A stretch of 64,000 bases of DNA from Pachysolen tannophilus NRRL Y-2460 (GCA_001661245.1 KV454013.1:714502-778501); one strand, 5' to 3'. Counted from the first letter of the stretch, positions 1 to 11,867 are shown. Notes: a model not told the origin generated them from the letters alone. Numbers and translations are program-made.

Positions 1-168
1 TTTATCTTTTACTAATGATTATAGAGTTACATCGCGTATACGTTTCTGGAAGAAGAAAAAAATAAAAAAAAAAAAAAAAATAAAAATAAAAATTTAAACT
101 CGTTGAGTCTTTGATGAAGATAACTTTAAAATACATTGAGATATCAACCAAGAGTAGCATCTCATATC

Positions 169-2004
169 ATGGCATTAATTGAGAAGATAAGAAGGGCTTT
201 TGAAAGATATGATTTGGTACCAAAGCTAAAGAAATCATTGTCTTCTATATCGATATTACTAACAATAGTAGGAATAGTGTGGATACTTGTACTTCCGATA
301 AAGGGACAATTTAGAAATACTTATATCTCAGAAAATGCTTTGATGCCATCACAAGCCTACAGTTTTTTTAGAGAAAGTGAATGGAATATATTGAGAGGTT
401 ACAGATCTGAAGTTGTCAAGCTTGAATCTTTACCAATAACAGCTCGAAATGATGTATTAGAGATTTGGTTAAAAAGCTTGGGTTATAAGACATCGAAACA
501 CCAATATCATGAATTACATAGCAACAAATCAAGTGGTGATACCGGTGAAAACTTTTACGCTATTATGCATGCTCCTAGAGGGGATGATACAGAGGCAATG
601 GTATTAGCTGCTCCTTGGGTTACATCAGACGGTGAATTTAATACTGGAGGAATATCTTTAGCAGTATCTATGGCCAATTATTTTTCAAGATTATCTATAT
701 GGTCTAAAAATATAATCATTTTAATTCCTGAAGATAACAAGTATGCCTTGCGATCATGGGTTGAGGCCTATCATAACTCGTTGGATAAAACTGCTGGTTC
801 TATTGAGTCTGCCATTGTCATGGAGTACCCTTCAGATGGTGATCATTTAGAATACATTGAGGTAGAATATGAAGGATTGAACGGTCAATTACCAAATTTA
901 GATTTTGTGAATTGTGCCGTTTTCATTGGAGAACATGAGGGATTTAAGATTTCATTGCAAAATACTCCGGTTTCAAAACTAACGAGTAACACCTATTTTG
1001 ATAGATTAGCAATATTGTTGAAAGGTATCAAAAATTTAGCTATCTCAGGTGTAAGGAAATCAAATGGTTGTGAATCTTTCAGTGGTTGGAATATTCAATC
1101 GATAACTATAAGAGCAAAAGGAGTAAATGGTTCTCATGATATCACGAAATATGGTAGAGTTGTTGAAGCTTTATTCAGAAGTGTTAATAATCTATTGGAA
1201 AAATTTCACCAATCTTTTTTTTTCTATTTAATGTTACAGCCAAGAAATTTTGTTTCAATTGGTACTTATTTACCAAGTGTTGGTATAATAGCTGTTGGTT
1301 TTGCATTTATGTCGTTGAATAGTTTTTTCAATAATAGTTTCACCTATTCACAAATGATTGGTGGATTAGAGAAAATGTGCATTACTTTCTTAGTTGTAAT
1401 TATAAGCAGCATAATTTTTGGAATATCGTTATTAGTTTCAACAAATCACATTAACTATAACTTGTTGACACAATTTTTGATATCAAGTTGTGTCTTAATG
1501 TCATTAATGCCAATAATAAATTTACAAACAATCAAAATTACACTGAAACCAACATTTTTATACCTTTTTCAAAGTGCTTCATATTTGTATATTACAATGT
1601 TACTGGCCTCGCTATCAGTCGTCCATTTTGCATTAGCGTTTAGCATTGCTGTCCTATGCTTGCCATTATTATTTGTCAAAGTTCAACAAACAACAATGAT
1701 CAAATTACAACCTTTTATAAACTCTATAGCATTATTGTTATCGTGTCCATGGTTCAGTATTGTCTTACTTTACTACTCCCTCAAAGATTTCGATAGCATG
1801 TCTTCTATAACACGAAACCTATTAACTTCGTGGTCAGAATTACAGTCCTGGACTTGGTTCGTCATTATATTCGGTTGGTTACCTGCATGGTTATGTTTTG
1901 TCATTACAGGTAGTATTCTTCCTTTGCCTCAAGTCGAACATCTGGAAAGAAAAAAACTCCCGGTTATCACCAGCAGCAGCAGTATTAAAAAAAAGGAGAA
2001 ATGA
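169..2004 (+). CDS. GAA1: GPI transamidase subunit Gaa1
   Basis: Motifs RNTYISENALMPSQ, HAPRGDDTEAMVL, NGQLPNLD and NNLLEKFHQSFFFY; multi-TM C-terminus. First ATG at 169 (the ORF track starts at TTG 136). Confidence 0.95.
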   Translation: MALIEKIRRAFERYDLVPKLKKSLSSISILLTIVGIVWILVLPIKGQFRNTYISENALMPSQAYSFFRESEWNILRGYRSEVVKLESLPITARNDVLEIWLKSLGYKTSKHQYHELHSNKSSGDTGENFYAIMHAPRGDDTEAMVLAAPWVTSDGEFNTGGISLAVSMANYFSRLSIWSKNIIILIPEDNKYALRSWVEAYHNSLDKTAGSIESAIVMEYPSDGDHLEYIEVEYEGLNGQLPNLDFVNCAVFIGEHEGFKISLQNTPVSKLTSNTYFDRLAILLKGIKNLAISGVRKSNGCESFSGWNIQSITIRAKGVNGSHDITKYGRVVEALFRSVNNLLEKFHQSFFFYLMLQPRNFVSIGTYLPSVGIIAVGFAFMSLNSFFNNSFTYSQMIGGLEKMCITFLVVIISSIIFGISLLVSTNHINYNLLTQFLISSCVLMSLMPIINLQTIKITLKPTFLYLFQSASYLYITMLLASLSVVHFALAFSIAVLCLPLLFVKVQQTTMIKLQPFINSIALLLSCPWFSIVLLYYSLKDFDSMSSITRNLLTSWSELQSWTWFVIIFGWLPAWLCFVITGSILPLPQVEHLERKKLPVITSSSSIKKKEK

Positions 2005-2156
2005 TGTGATTAATCTAAGCCCGCTAAATCACATCAACAACGAAAACAACAACAGCCATATATATATATTTATGTCTTATAGTTCAAAAATAACATTAAT
2101 ACCCACTAAACAATAGAAATAGGTAGTTTATTTTATACCGAGTACCTAACTTTTCA

Positions 2157-2166
2157 ACACTGTGGC
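2157..2166 (+). promoter_or_regulatory. Possible Met31/Met32-type site upstream of the MFS transporter
   Basis: ACACTGTGGC, one mismatch from the AAACTGTGGC consensus; TATA-like TATATAAAA near 2421. Confidence 0.3.
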
Positions 2167-2506
2167 TGCAGATGAGATCGCGAAAACGCACCCAAAAATC
2201 ATGCAATGCATATAGTTGCGTCTATGTGTTTTCCCCATGGTATCAATCAGCTTTCTATAGATAGCCACATCTGTCTGTACTGTTAATATAGGAATTAAAG
2301 TGAGAGGTGTGGTGGACTGAATATTGAGTAATTAGCAAGGTTGGATCTTAATGTTCAGACTAAGCTATTACGAATTATATCTGAAAAATTCTTGCATCCA
2401 CTTTTCGGAAAATTTCAAGATATATAAAAAGAAGCATAAAGTATCAGTAGATCTGTTTCCTCAGTTGAGAATAGAGACAACAAGATATAATCTTCACTGT
2501 TCGGAA

Positions 2507-4192
2507 ATGGTTGACAAGAAAAATCAAGTTGATGAAACTATATCGATTCTTCAACCTAAAGGGTTGGGATCAGAAAGTGAATCAGAAGAGTTGAATAGCA
2601 GTCATTCTACTTTCCAAACTTACAAGATTATTGTTCCTCCAGTAAGTGGAAGTGATGAGAAGACAGCAACTGATTGTTTTTATATTACTAAAGATTGGAC
2701 TGAAGAAGAAGAGAATAGAGTTAAGAGGAAAGCTGATTGGATTGTTATGCCCTTATTAATATTGGGGTTCTTTGCTTTGCAGTTGGATAGAGGAAATATC
2801 TCGAATGCTTTAACAGGTACTATTTTGGAAGATTTGAATATAACTGAAGACCAAGTTAATGTTGGGAATCAGTTGTTATATGTTGGTATTGTGTTAGGTG
2901 AAATTCCAAGTAACTATGTATTACAAAGAGTTGGTCCTAGAAATTGGATAAGTTGTCAAATTGTTGTTTGGGGTCTCGTTGCATTTTGTCAAGCTTTTAT
3001 TCAAAATTATGCAGGTTTCCTTGTCACAAGAATAATATTAGGATTTTGTGAATCAGGGTTTATTTGTGCTGGTTTGTACTGTATCTCATATTGGTACAGA
3101 AAAGATGAATTGGGAAAACGTCACAGTTTATATTATTTTGGTAATTATGGTGCATCTTGTATCAGTGGTTATATTGCTGGTGGATTATTGGAAATTAAAG
3201 TTTGGAATGGTTGGAGATGGTTGTTTTTAGTTGAAGGTATATTTACCATGGTTATTGGGGTTTTTTTTAGTTTAATCTTCCCACAGTCAACAACCGATAC
3301 TTCTCCATTTTGGGCTCCTAAACTTCAACTTTTCAATAAAAGAGAGAGGTACATCTTAACAAATCGACTTTTACTTGATGATCCAATTAAAGCTCTTAAC
3401 TTGAGAAGACATATGAGTTTAGGAGATATCAAAAGAGGTTTGCTTAAATGGAGAATTTGGTACCACGGTATAATAAGTTTTGTCAATAATGGGCCTTACG
3501 GTGCATTGTCCACATACTATCCAACTCTTATCAAATCAATGGGATATACTCAGTTCCAAGCAAATGCTTTATCCTCTGTTGCATATTGGATTGGTCTTGT
3601 TTTTTCGTTTTCTGCAAATACCCAAGCGGATTATTTTAAACCAAGAGCTATTCCCGTTATGTTTTGGAGTATCTGGCAGTTATCATTTGCTATTGCCTTT
3701 AGGTGTATCAATGGTTCTGCATCATATCATCTGAGGTATGCTGTGTTGACATTATTAATGAGCAGTACTATGGTCATTCATATTTTGAATACTTACTGGG
3801 TAAGTTTGAATGCTGCTACACCAACAGATAGGTCAATAGCATTAGCAATGAACATTTCGTTGGTTAATATGGGAAATATTTATGGTAATCAGCTTTTCCG
3901 TAGTAGCGATCTGCCTGCATATAAACATGGAATGTTGGTGATCATCATCCTTTTCATTATTGGTTTCTTTTTAATTCTTTTTAACATGATTCAGTATTAT
4001 TGGACTAATAAACAGTTGGATAAGAAATATCCAGTGGAAAACACTAATGAAGTTGGTGCACAGCTGGTATCAATCGATCGTGGTGTTAATTCATACTCTA
4101 AAGATGAACATGGGTTTATTGTTGTTGATTTTACTAAAAATGCAAACGTTGATTACGACGAAGTTTACAGAAAGTTCAGATATTCACCTTGA
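2507..4192 (+). CDS. MFS transporter, Dal5/allantoate permease family, SOA1/AstA-like (sulfonate/sulfate uptake)
   Basis: Motifs WTEEEE..V.RK.D, ALQLDRGNISNAL, EIPSN and GWRWLFLVEG; about 12 TM segments; C-terminal FRY. Start at ATG 2507 chosen because it lies downstream of the TATA-like element; an in-frame ATG at 2351 also exists. Confidence 0.88.
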   Translation: MVDKKNQVDETISILQPKGLGSESESEELNSSHSTFQTYKIIVPPVSGSDEKTATDCFYITKDWTEEEENRVKRKADWIVMPLLILGFFALQLDRGNISNALTGTILEDLNITEDQVNVGNQLLYVGIVLGEIPSNYVLQRVGPRNWISCQIVVWGLVAFCQAFIQNYAGFLVTRIILGFCESGFICAGLYCISYWYRKDELGKRHSLYYFGNYGASCISGYIAGGLLEIKVWNGWRWLFLVEGIFTMVIGVFFSLIFPQSTTDTSPFWAPKLQLFNKRERYILTNRLLLDDPIKALNLRRHMSLGDIKRGLLKWRIWYHGIISFVNNGPYGALSTYYPTLIKSMGYTQFQANALSSVAYWIGLVFSFSANTQADYFKPRAIPVMFWSIWQLSFAIAFRCINGSASYHLRYAVLTLLMSSTMVIHILNTYWVSLNAATPTDRSIALAMNISLVNMGNIYGNQLFRSSDLPAYKHGMLVIIILFIIGFFLILFNMIQYYWTNKQLDKKYPVENTNEVGAQLVSIDRGVNSYSKDEHGFIVVDFTKNANVDYDEVYRKFRYSP

Positions 4193-4347
4193 TTTTCATT
4201 TCTACTATTTAAATTTTTTATTTCTTCCTAAAAGCTATTGCAAACTTTTTAATTTCAATTCTTTTCAAAATTAGTTAATGATGGATAGCTACATATATAT
4301 ATCTGTGCACTAATTAATATTTTTATTTATATTTTTTAAATCGACTA

Positions 4348-5886
4348 TTACTCTCTATACTTTTCCATAAATTTGTTATGGAATTTTTGCCAATCATATA
4401 TCCATTGGTTTCCTGGAGCCAAAAAAGTTGTTCTTACATGGTAAGTTCCTGGAACTTGACCAAACCCGGAACCTGGGACTGCACAAATACCTGTACTCAT
4501 CAATAATTCATGACAATAAAATTCATCTGCTTCAATACCCAATTCTTGAGCAATTTTGATAGCTTTTTGTGGAATCGATATTTTTGGGAAACAGTACATT
4601 GATCCTTCTGGTAATTGACATTCAACACCTTCCATTTCATTAAAAGCTTTATATAACTCTGTAGCCTTATCTTTCAACGAATTATGAATTGCAGATCTTT
4701 CTTTTTGATCTAATTCATATGATTCAGAACCTGGTTGAGGTGGATTTACCATTAATTGAACTAAAGCTTGACCTGTTACAACAGGACATAATGAAATCGA
4801 TGCCAATTTCAAAATTTGTTGCCTGACCTCTTCTTCAAATCCAATAATTTCCATATAACCTCCTCTTTGACCACATTCACCACTAACACCTTTTGAAGTT
4901 GAGTGTAAAGAAGCTAATTGGACATTGTCAAATTTTCCTGGGAACCTTTCTTGTAATGATCTTAAAGTTTTCTTAAAGGAAACAAACTCACCTTTGAAAA
5001 TATTTTCTTGATAAACTTCATCTGCAATAACTACTAAACCGTATTCAGCAGCAACTTCTAATATTTCTTCAATAACTTCTTGTTTTAACACAGAACCTGT
5101 TGGGTTTCCAGGAGTTATAACAACTAAAGCTCTAATATCAATTCCAGCTTTTTCATTTTCCTTACATAATTTACCTAATTCTTTAGGATTAACTGACCAA
5201 TTTTCTTGTTCATTTAAATAATATGGAATCACTGGTGCATTTTGTATGGCCAAAGTAGCGGTATATAATGGATACTGGGGGATAGGAATCATAAACCCAG
5301 TAGATTTCCCATTAGATAATAAAGACAACAAGTATGAAACAGCTGTTGATGCACCTGTAGTTAAAAAGATGTCATCAGCATGAGCTTTGTAACCATCTCT
5401 TTTCGAAATAAATTCAGCAATTGATTTTCTAATATAAGGTACACCTTGGGAATGAGAATAAGCACCAACAGATCCTGTATTTTCAACTAAAATTTTAGCT
5501 CTTTCAACAACATCTTTTGGAAATAATTTGCCAAGTTCTTTTTTCTCAATCAATTCTGGATATTGTAAAATCGATAAAACTTGTCTATAAAAAGTTAAAG
5601 GTTTTTGATCCAATTGTTGAGGATTCCCGATATTAGCATTTATAATTTGTTTAAATGGTAATTCCTTCCCCAGTGGAGATTTTAACTTCAGCCTTAATTC
5701 TTCAGCTTTTGTAGGAATACTACCACGAACAGCATACTTGGCATTTAAAGCATGTTTATTCAATTGAACAGCCTTTAACTTTCCTGCTGGTGTAAAATTT
5801 GGTACCGAAGATAACGATCTAGTAAACTTATAGTTTCTCAATACTGGGTTTACTTTATCGATTAAACCTGATCTATACCTAAGCAT
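4348..5886 (-). CDS. ALT1: Alanine aminotransferase with mitochondrial presequence
   Basis: Motifs AKYAVRG, ANIGNPQ, GAYSHSQG, ADEVYQEN and SLHSTSKG (PLP lysine) GECGQRGG; Arg-rich N-terminus; first ATG at 5886. Confidence 0.95.
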   Translation of the reverse strand: MLRYRSGLIDKVNPVLRNYKFTRSLSSVPNFTPAGKLKAVQLNKHALNAKYAVRGSIPTKAEELRLKLKSPLGKELPFKQIINANIGNPQQLDQKPLTFYRQVLSILQYPELIEKKELGKLFPKDVVERAKILVENTGSVGAYSHSQGVPYIRKSIAEFISKRDGYKAHADDIFLTTGASTAVSYLLSLLSNGKSTGFMIPIPQYPLYTATLAIQNAPVIPYYLNEQENWSVNPKELGKLCKENEKAGIDIRALVVITPGNPTGSVLKQEVIEEILEVAAEYGLVVIADEVYQENIFKGEFVSFKKTLRSLQERFPGKFDNVQLASLHSTSKGVSGECGQRGGYMEIIGFEEEVRQQILKLASISLCPVVTGQALVQLMVNPPQPGSESYELDQKERSAIHNSLKDKATELYKAFNEMEGVECQLPEGSMYCFPKISIPQKAIKIAQELGIEADEFYCHELLMSTGICAVPGSGFGQVPGTYHVRTTFLAPGNQWIYDWQKFHNKFMEKYRE

Positions 5887-6790
5887 GACTTTCAAAAATA
5901 TTTCTATCTAATCAAATAAAATAGAAAACTGAAAAAAAAAGAAGAGAAAAACAAAAATCACCTTCACTCTTAGTGATGAAGTATTGCCCTTCTATTTATT
6001 TATATTATTCTTAAATATTATGACTAAAACTGTTTTCGACTTATTTTTCATGGATGAAAAATTTCTGCCGAGATACATACATAAAGAGAAAAAAAAAAAA
6101 AAAAATCTGAAAAATTATAGATACTAATTATATTACAAACAAAAAACACACAGAGTAAAAAGAAGAAATTTTAAAGCAAGCTATATGAAAAACCTTTCAC
6201 CGTTTGCAACCTTTAGAGTTTTTTTTTTTTTCCTATCATTAATACCTCTACCATTATTCATTCTTTCTTGACTACGATGATGAAAAACTTTGCCTGGACA
6301 TAAAGTTATTATCAGTCTTCTTATAACTAAAAATCAAGGTCGTGTGCATAAGCACCAATAAGAGTGCAACCAAAACAGAAGTTCCTCTTTAGGATCTTTG
6401 TGTTGTTTGTGCACACCTTTTAATAGAAAAAATATTTTTTTTTTTCATTTTTTTTCAGCCTTCAAAAATTCAAAATTCAGAAAAAATAATCAACAGCCCT
6501 GGTGCTTCCCAATTAGATTATTTGGTTTTCTGCGCACTACTAAAAAGATTTTTCGAATTGTAAAAATTTCTTTGTAATTTATAACACGACTGTTTATTAC
6601 TATTTTTTTTTTTGCAGATTTGACCAAACAAACATACAAAAAAAAAATGTTCTAAATTTAATGGGAATCTGAGTTTGGAATTATTTGAAAAATTGGCATT
6701 CAACGAAGAAATAAGGTAAGAGGTTAGTGGAGTTTTCAGAGTTTGAATTTCTTGAAAGATTGAAAGATTGAAAGTTTTTTTGGGAAAATT

Positions 6791-8218
6791 ATGTCGACGG
6801 GTGACTTTTATGGAATTTTAGGTGTATCTTCCGATGCTACTTCAACGGATATCAAGAAGGCATATAGGAAATTAGCCCTTTTACATCATCCAGATAAAGT
6901 ATCTGAAGATATAAGAGAAGAATCAGAGATTAAATTTAAAGAAATTAGTCATGCGTATGAGGTATTAATAGATGATGAAAAACGAAGATATTATGATTTA
7001 TATGGAGTTGAAGATGGAAACGCAGGTAACGGTGGTGGCCCCGGTGGATATGGCGGCGGCGGGTTTGGAGGCAGCGGCCTGGGAGGTGAAGAATTTAGTC
7101 CTGAAGATTTTTTCAATTTTTTCAATGGAGGTGTTCCAACTGGGGGACCACGTCATGGTGGTAATGCAAATAATGGTAGATCAAATAATCAGAAACAAAA
7201 TAAAACTCCTAGTGCCAATTTAGATGTGGAAATCACTTTGGAAGATTTATATAAAGGTAAAGTTATCAAAACCACATCAACAAGAAATATATTATGCAAG
7301 CATTGTAAAGGAACAGGTGCAAAACCTCATTCTGTACCTAAAAAATGTTCATTATGCGATGGTAATGGGTACCAGGTGAAACTTAGAAGAGTAGGACCTG
7401 GTTTAGTTACTCAAGAATATGTTGATTGTAATAATTGTAAAGGAACAGGTAAGATTTTTAAAACAAAGGACAAGTGTAAAAAATGTAATGGGAAATGTGT
7501 TAAAGAAGAAACCAAGATATTAGAATTTAATATAAAAAAAGGTTCTCCAGCTTCGGGGAAAATTATCTTGGAACATGAAAGTGATGAAGAATATGGTAAA
7601 ATAACTGGAGATGTTATATTGAATTATACAACTAAATCTCATGATGTTTTCACAAAAAAAGGAGATGATTTATATTTAAAAATTAATTTAAAATTATATG
7701 AAGCCCTTTGTGGATTTTACAAGAAAAATATAGTGAAAACATTAGATAATAGATCTTTAGATTTGAAAATTCCTCCTGGAAAAGTATTAAGACCAGGTGA
7801 TTATATTAAAATTCCTGGAGAAGGAATGCCAATTTCCAAAGAAAAAGCCGCAGCATCTTCTTGGTTCAGTAAAAACTGTGATGATGTTTACGGTGATTTG
7901 TATATAGAATTGGAAATTGAATTTCCAAAGGATAATTGGTTTTTGGAAAAAAACGAATTAAATCAAATCAAATCAGTACTATCGAATGTTGAATATCCAA
8001 CAAAGAATGAAAACAAGAAAAGTTCTCTCAATGATAATGGAACAATTGAGTCATTTGAAGTCAACAAATTCACAGTCATTAAAAAAGAGTCATTACCAGA
8101 TTATTCTGTTGAAGAAGGTGAAACAAAAGAGGAGAATAACGGTGCAGCAGAAGATGATTACTATTACTATGATCAAGGGGGATATGAGAATGCGCAACCT
8201 GAGTGTCAGACGCAGTAA
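6791..8218 (+). CDS. XDJ1: Type I DnaJ/Hsp40 co-chaperone (Xdj1-like)
   Basis: J domain with HPD, G/F region, four CxxCxGxG-type repeats and C-terminal CaaX (CQTQ); GAA1-ALT1-XDJ1 order matches S. cerevisiae YLR088W-090W. Confidence 0.85.
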   Translation: MSTGDFYGILGVSSDATSTDIKKAYRKLALLHHPDKVSEDIREESEIKFKEISHAYEVLIDDEKRRYYDLYGVEDGNAGNGGGPGGYGGGGFGGSGLGGEEFSPEDFFNFFNGGVPTGGPRHGGNANNGRSNNQKQNKTPSANLDVEITLEDLYKGKVIKTTSTRNILCKHCKGTGAKPHSVPKKCSLCDGNGYQVKLRRVGPGLVTQEYVDCNNCKGTGKIFKTKDKCKKCNGKCVKEETKILEFNIKKGSPASGKIILEHESDEEYGKITGDVILNYTTKSHDVFTKKGDDLYLKINLKLYEALCGFYKKNIVKTLDNRSLDLKIPPGKVLRPGDYIKIPGEGMPISKEKAAASSWFSKNCDDVYGDLYIELEIEFPKDNWFLEKNELNQIKSVLSNVEYPTKNENKKSSLNDNGTIESFEVNKFTVIKKESLPDYSVEEGETKEENNGAAEDDYYYYDQGGYENAQPECQTQ

Positions 8219-8280
8219 ATAGATATATTTCACTATCCAGCACATGGTTCAGAAATAAACATGAAAAAAAAAAAAAAATC

Positions 8281-9260
8281 TAATTTAATTAATTTGTGTA
8301 CATATTTATATATTTTATTAACTCTCTTCATATTTTTTTTTTTTTTTAATATCCATACACTTTACAAAATAATAATAAAAAAGACACAAGTATCTTTAAT
8401 TATCTTTATTAGTACTAATATTGTTATTTGATTTGAGGACATTTGTACTAACTGTTCTCCTCAAATTTTTTTTATCAGAACCAGCTTCATTACTGTTACC
8501 GTTAATTACTATCCCGCCATGATTAACTCCTATACCATACCAGCTTGGCTGCTGATGTTGGTGCTGTTGATATTGATTAATATTCGTGTGTGTAAAACTT
8601 CTTGTTAGTTTGGCGTTATTATTAGTTTCAGGTCCACCAAGATTTGGTGAACTATTATTGCTTGTGCTGATCCCCATAGTTACGCCGTTGGCTAATTTCT
8701 TGCTGGTGTAATCTCTCATATTATCTAAATCTGAAAAACTAAGAACAGATGACCTTGTTCTTATCCTACCGGGGCGTTCTTCATTTCCAAAAGAAATGCT
8801 CTTGAAATTAACAGAATCGTTATCTTCATCATGTTGTGATATTATCAGCACAGGCGGTAATAATGATCCTTCTTGTGATTGCACATCTTGATTTTTGTAA
8901 AGATTCATCAATCCTTCTTCCAAATCGCTTAAAGATATTTCTTCTTTGTTCAAATTTCGAAGAATAAATTTGTTGTAATACCTTCTGACAGTTAATTTGG
9001 TCTTAGAAATGAGTGAACCCAGTGAAAAATTTAAAAATTTAAAACGATGTATTCCAGTACGGTACAACAGGAAAAATATAAACCCAATAAGTATAACAAG
9101 TATAGCTAGCGAAGTCATGGATGTACTATTTGCGTCATTATTTATAATATACTTATTGTTAACTGAGTTTCTACCAGATGAAGAAGCAGTTGCCTTAAAA
9201 TCAATCTTGTTTTCGATATTACTATTAGTAGATTCCAAACTTTGACCTGCACTTAATAAA
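8281..9260. repeat. Near-identical duplicate of 9429-10407 (3' end of YND1) abutting an N-gap; probable assembly artefact
   Basis: Offset 1147; the copy ends exactly at the N-run; visible differences are confined to homopolymer or AT runs. Confidence 0.9.
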
Positions 9261-9427
9261 NNNNNNNNNNNNNNNNNNNNNNNNNNNNNNNNNNNNNNNN
9301 NNNNNNNNNNNNNNNNNNNNNNNNNNNNNNNNNNNNNNNNNNNNNNNNNNNNNNNNNNNNNNNNNNNNNNNNNNNNNNNNNNNNNNNNNNNNNNNNNNNN
9401 NNNNNNNNNNNNNNNNNNNNNNNNNNN
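9261..9427. other. Assembly gap (N-run)
   Basis: Run of n characters. Confidence 1.
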
Positions 9428-9542
9428 TTAATTTAATTAATTTGTGTACATTATTTATATTATTTTATTAACTCTCTTCATTATTTTTTTTTTTAATATC
9501 CATACACTTTACAAAATAATAATAAAAAAGACACAAGTATCT

Positions 9543-11867
9543 TTAATTATCTTTATTAGTACTAATATTGTTATTTGATTTGAGGACATTTGTACTAACT
9601 GTTCTCCTCAAATTTTTTTTATCAGAACCAGCTTCATTACTGTTACCGTTAATTACTATCCCGCCATGATTAACTCCTATACCATACCAGCTTGGCTGCT
9701 GATGTTGGTGCTGTTGATATTGATTAATATTCGTGTGTGTAAAACTTCTTGTTAGTTTGGCGTTATTATTAGTTTCAGGTCCACCAAGATTTGGTGAACT
9801 ATTATTGCTTGTGCTGATCCCCATAGTTACGCCGTTGGCTAATTTCTTGCTGGTGTAATCTCTCATATTATCTAAATCTGAAAAACTAAGAACAGATGAC
9901 CTTGTTCTTATCCTACCGGGGCGTTCTTCATTTCCAAAAGAAATGCTCTTGAAATTAACAGAATCGTTATCTTCATCATGTTGTGATATTATCAGCACAG
10001 GCGGTAATAATGATCCTTCTTGTGATTGCACATCTTGATTTTTGTAAAGATTCATCAATCCTTCTTCCAAATCGCTTAAAGATATTTCTTCTTTGTTCAA
10101 ATTTCGAAGAATAAATTTGTTGTAATACCTTCTGACAGTTAATTTGGTCTTAGAAATGAGTGAACCCAGTGAAAAATTTAAAAATTTAAAACGATGTATT
10201 CCAGTACGGTACAACAGGAAAAATATAAACCCAATAAGTATAACAAGTATAGCTAGCGAAGTCATGGATGTACTATTTGCGTCATTATTTATAATATACT
10301 TATTGTTAACTGAGTTTCTACCAGATGAAGAAGCAGTTGCCTTAAAATCAATCTTGTTTTCGATATTACTATTAGTAGATTCCAAACTTTGACCTGCACT
10401 TAATAAACTATTTTCACTAGGAATTATGCCAATTCTATAAACATTGTCGTTGTTGTCCTTTGAGGGTATCTGGTTACTAACGTATAACAACATTTTACCT
10501 AAAGTCCATGATAACTCAGCGCCTTCAACCAAGTTAACAGATTGAAATGAAGGAATGTGTTGTAAGTTCTTTGCCTGTTCCAATTCATTGTTTTCACTAT
10601 TTAATGATTTTAATTGATCTTCACTTAAATAGCTTGTATCTATACCAATTCTTGGAAGTCCAAAACCTTCGTGAAGAATGTTGATTACCCAACTAGCTTT
10701 AAAACAGGAATCTTTTAAATACTCTAATTTCATATTTTCCCCATATTTTCCAGCTTCAAAATTACTTGAAATTGTAGCCCATTCTTCACTACAAAATTCT
10801 TTAACTTTTTCATTAAATTTCAAGAAATTATATTCACCTCCCATATTGAAAACATCATTTGCAGTGTACCAATATTCTGAGACACCAACGAATTTATCTT
10901 CTTTAAAATCAATCTGTGGTGCATGAACACCATTGAACAAACATGGATTATCATCACAGGGTAAATGCTTAAGCAAAAGAGGATATATATCTTTTAAACA
11001 AACTTCATAATCTCCTAAACCTTTTATCTTATAATCTTTATTATTATATTGGAAATCAATAACAACATCTTTTGGTGAACAAGGATCAAAAAGATACTTA
11101 TCATATTCTTCTTTTGTATCAATATTTTCTGGTAATGAGCTTATTGCATTTTTCAAATGTCTTCTTCTTGCCTCATTTGCTCCAAAACCTAACCATGTTG
11201 ATACAAATACTTTCCAAGATTGTGTATCACCATTTACGTTCCTCAAATTCACTGTAAATAAATCATTAGTATGTTTTGAGATCTCTGATTTATTTGAAGG
11301 AACAAATGCAATTTGAGTTGAAGCACCTCCCATATCCATAAATCCAAAACTTGTATGATCTTGATTTTGATCATAATTATCAAATTGTCCCATTAAATAA
11401 TTTAAACCAATCCAACCAAAAAGACCTTCTGTTTCTCCATCAATGACTCTAACATGATTTTGACAATCTGGAATATAAAAATTTGAATGTTTATTTATAC
11501 CTGTACAAACATTGTTTAAAATCTTAAATCTTGGTGTTTCTTGAACCATTCTCATACCTGCTGTTGCTAATACAAAAATAGGTGTCTCTGCTTGTTGATC
11601 TAAAGGAATAATTTTTTCAGCATATTCCATAAGATGTCGAAAATGTTCATCCCAAACATGTGAAGGTCTATCTTTAAAAGATGAAATCCCAGGAGATATC
11701 TTATAACTCCAATTGTCTTCTTGTACAATTTTAGGAATGGATCTCAAGATATTCTCATCTTTTGAACTTTCTTGTAAAAAAACTGGATCTGTCCATTTAT
11801 ACACTTGTAACCTTGAACCAGAGGAACCAGAATCAATGATAATTCCATATCTATCATGCTCACCCAT
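9543..11867 (-). CDS. YND1: Golgi apyrase (GDA1/CD39 NTPDase)
   Basis: Apyrase regions DSGSSGSR, LATAGMR, GETEG and DMGGASTQ; SWTLG; single C-terminal TM and a cytosolic tail. Confidence 0.95.
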   Translation of the reverse strand: MGEHDRYGIIIDSGSSGSRLQVYKWTDPVFLQESSKDENILRSIPKIVQEDNWSYKISPGISSFKDRPSHVWDEHFRHLMEYAEKIIPLDQQAETPIFVLATAGMRMVQETPRFKILNNVCTGINKHSNFYIPDCQNHVRVIDGETEGLFGWIGLNYLMGQFDNYDQNQDHTSFGFMDMGGASTQIAFVPSNKSEISKHTNDLFTVNLRNVNGDTQSWKVFVSTWLGFGANEARRRHLKNAISSLPENIDTKEEYDKYLFDPCSPKDVVIDFQYNNKDYKIKGLGDYEVCLKDIYPLLLKHLPCDDNPCLFNGVHAPQIDFKEDKFVGVSEYWYTANDVFNMGGEYNFLKFNEKVKEFCSEEWATISSNFEAGKYGENMKLEYLKDSCFKASWVINILHEGFGLPRIGIDTSYLSEDQLKSLNSENNELEQAKNLQHIPSFQSVNLVEGAELSWTLGKMLLYVSNQIPSKDNNDNVYRIGIIPSENSLLSAGQSLESTNSNIENKIDFKATASSSGRNSVNNKYIINNDANSTSMTSLAILVILIGFIFFLLYRTGIHRFKFLNFSLGSLISKTKLTVRRYYNKFILRNLNKEEISLSDLEEGLMNLYKNQDVQSQEGSLLPPVLIISQHDEDNDSVNFKSISFGNEERPGRIRTRSSVLSFSDLDNMRDYTSKKLANGVTMGISTSNNSSPNLGGPETNNNAKLTRSFTHTNINQYQQHQHQQPSWYGIGVNHGGIVINGNSNEAGSDKKNLRRTVSTNVLKSNNNISTNKDN

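Noticed and set aside
5960..6330. Box C-like RTGATGA motifs as possible C/D snoRNAs
   Set aside because: I could not find a convincing D box, terminal stem or rRNA guide.
8281..10407. Apparent tandem duplication giving a truncated second YND1 (ORF 8396-9238)
   Set aside because: The copies flank an N-gap, end exactly at it and differ only in homopolymer or AT runs, which indicates unmerged overlapping contig ends.
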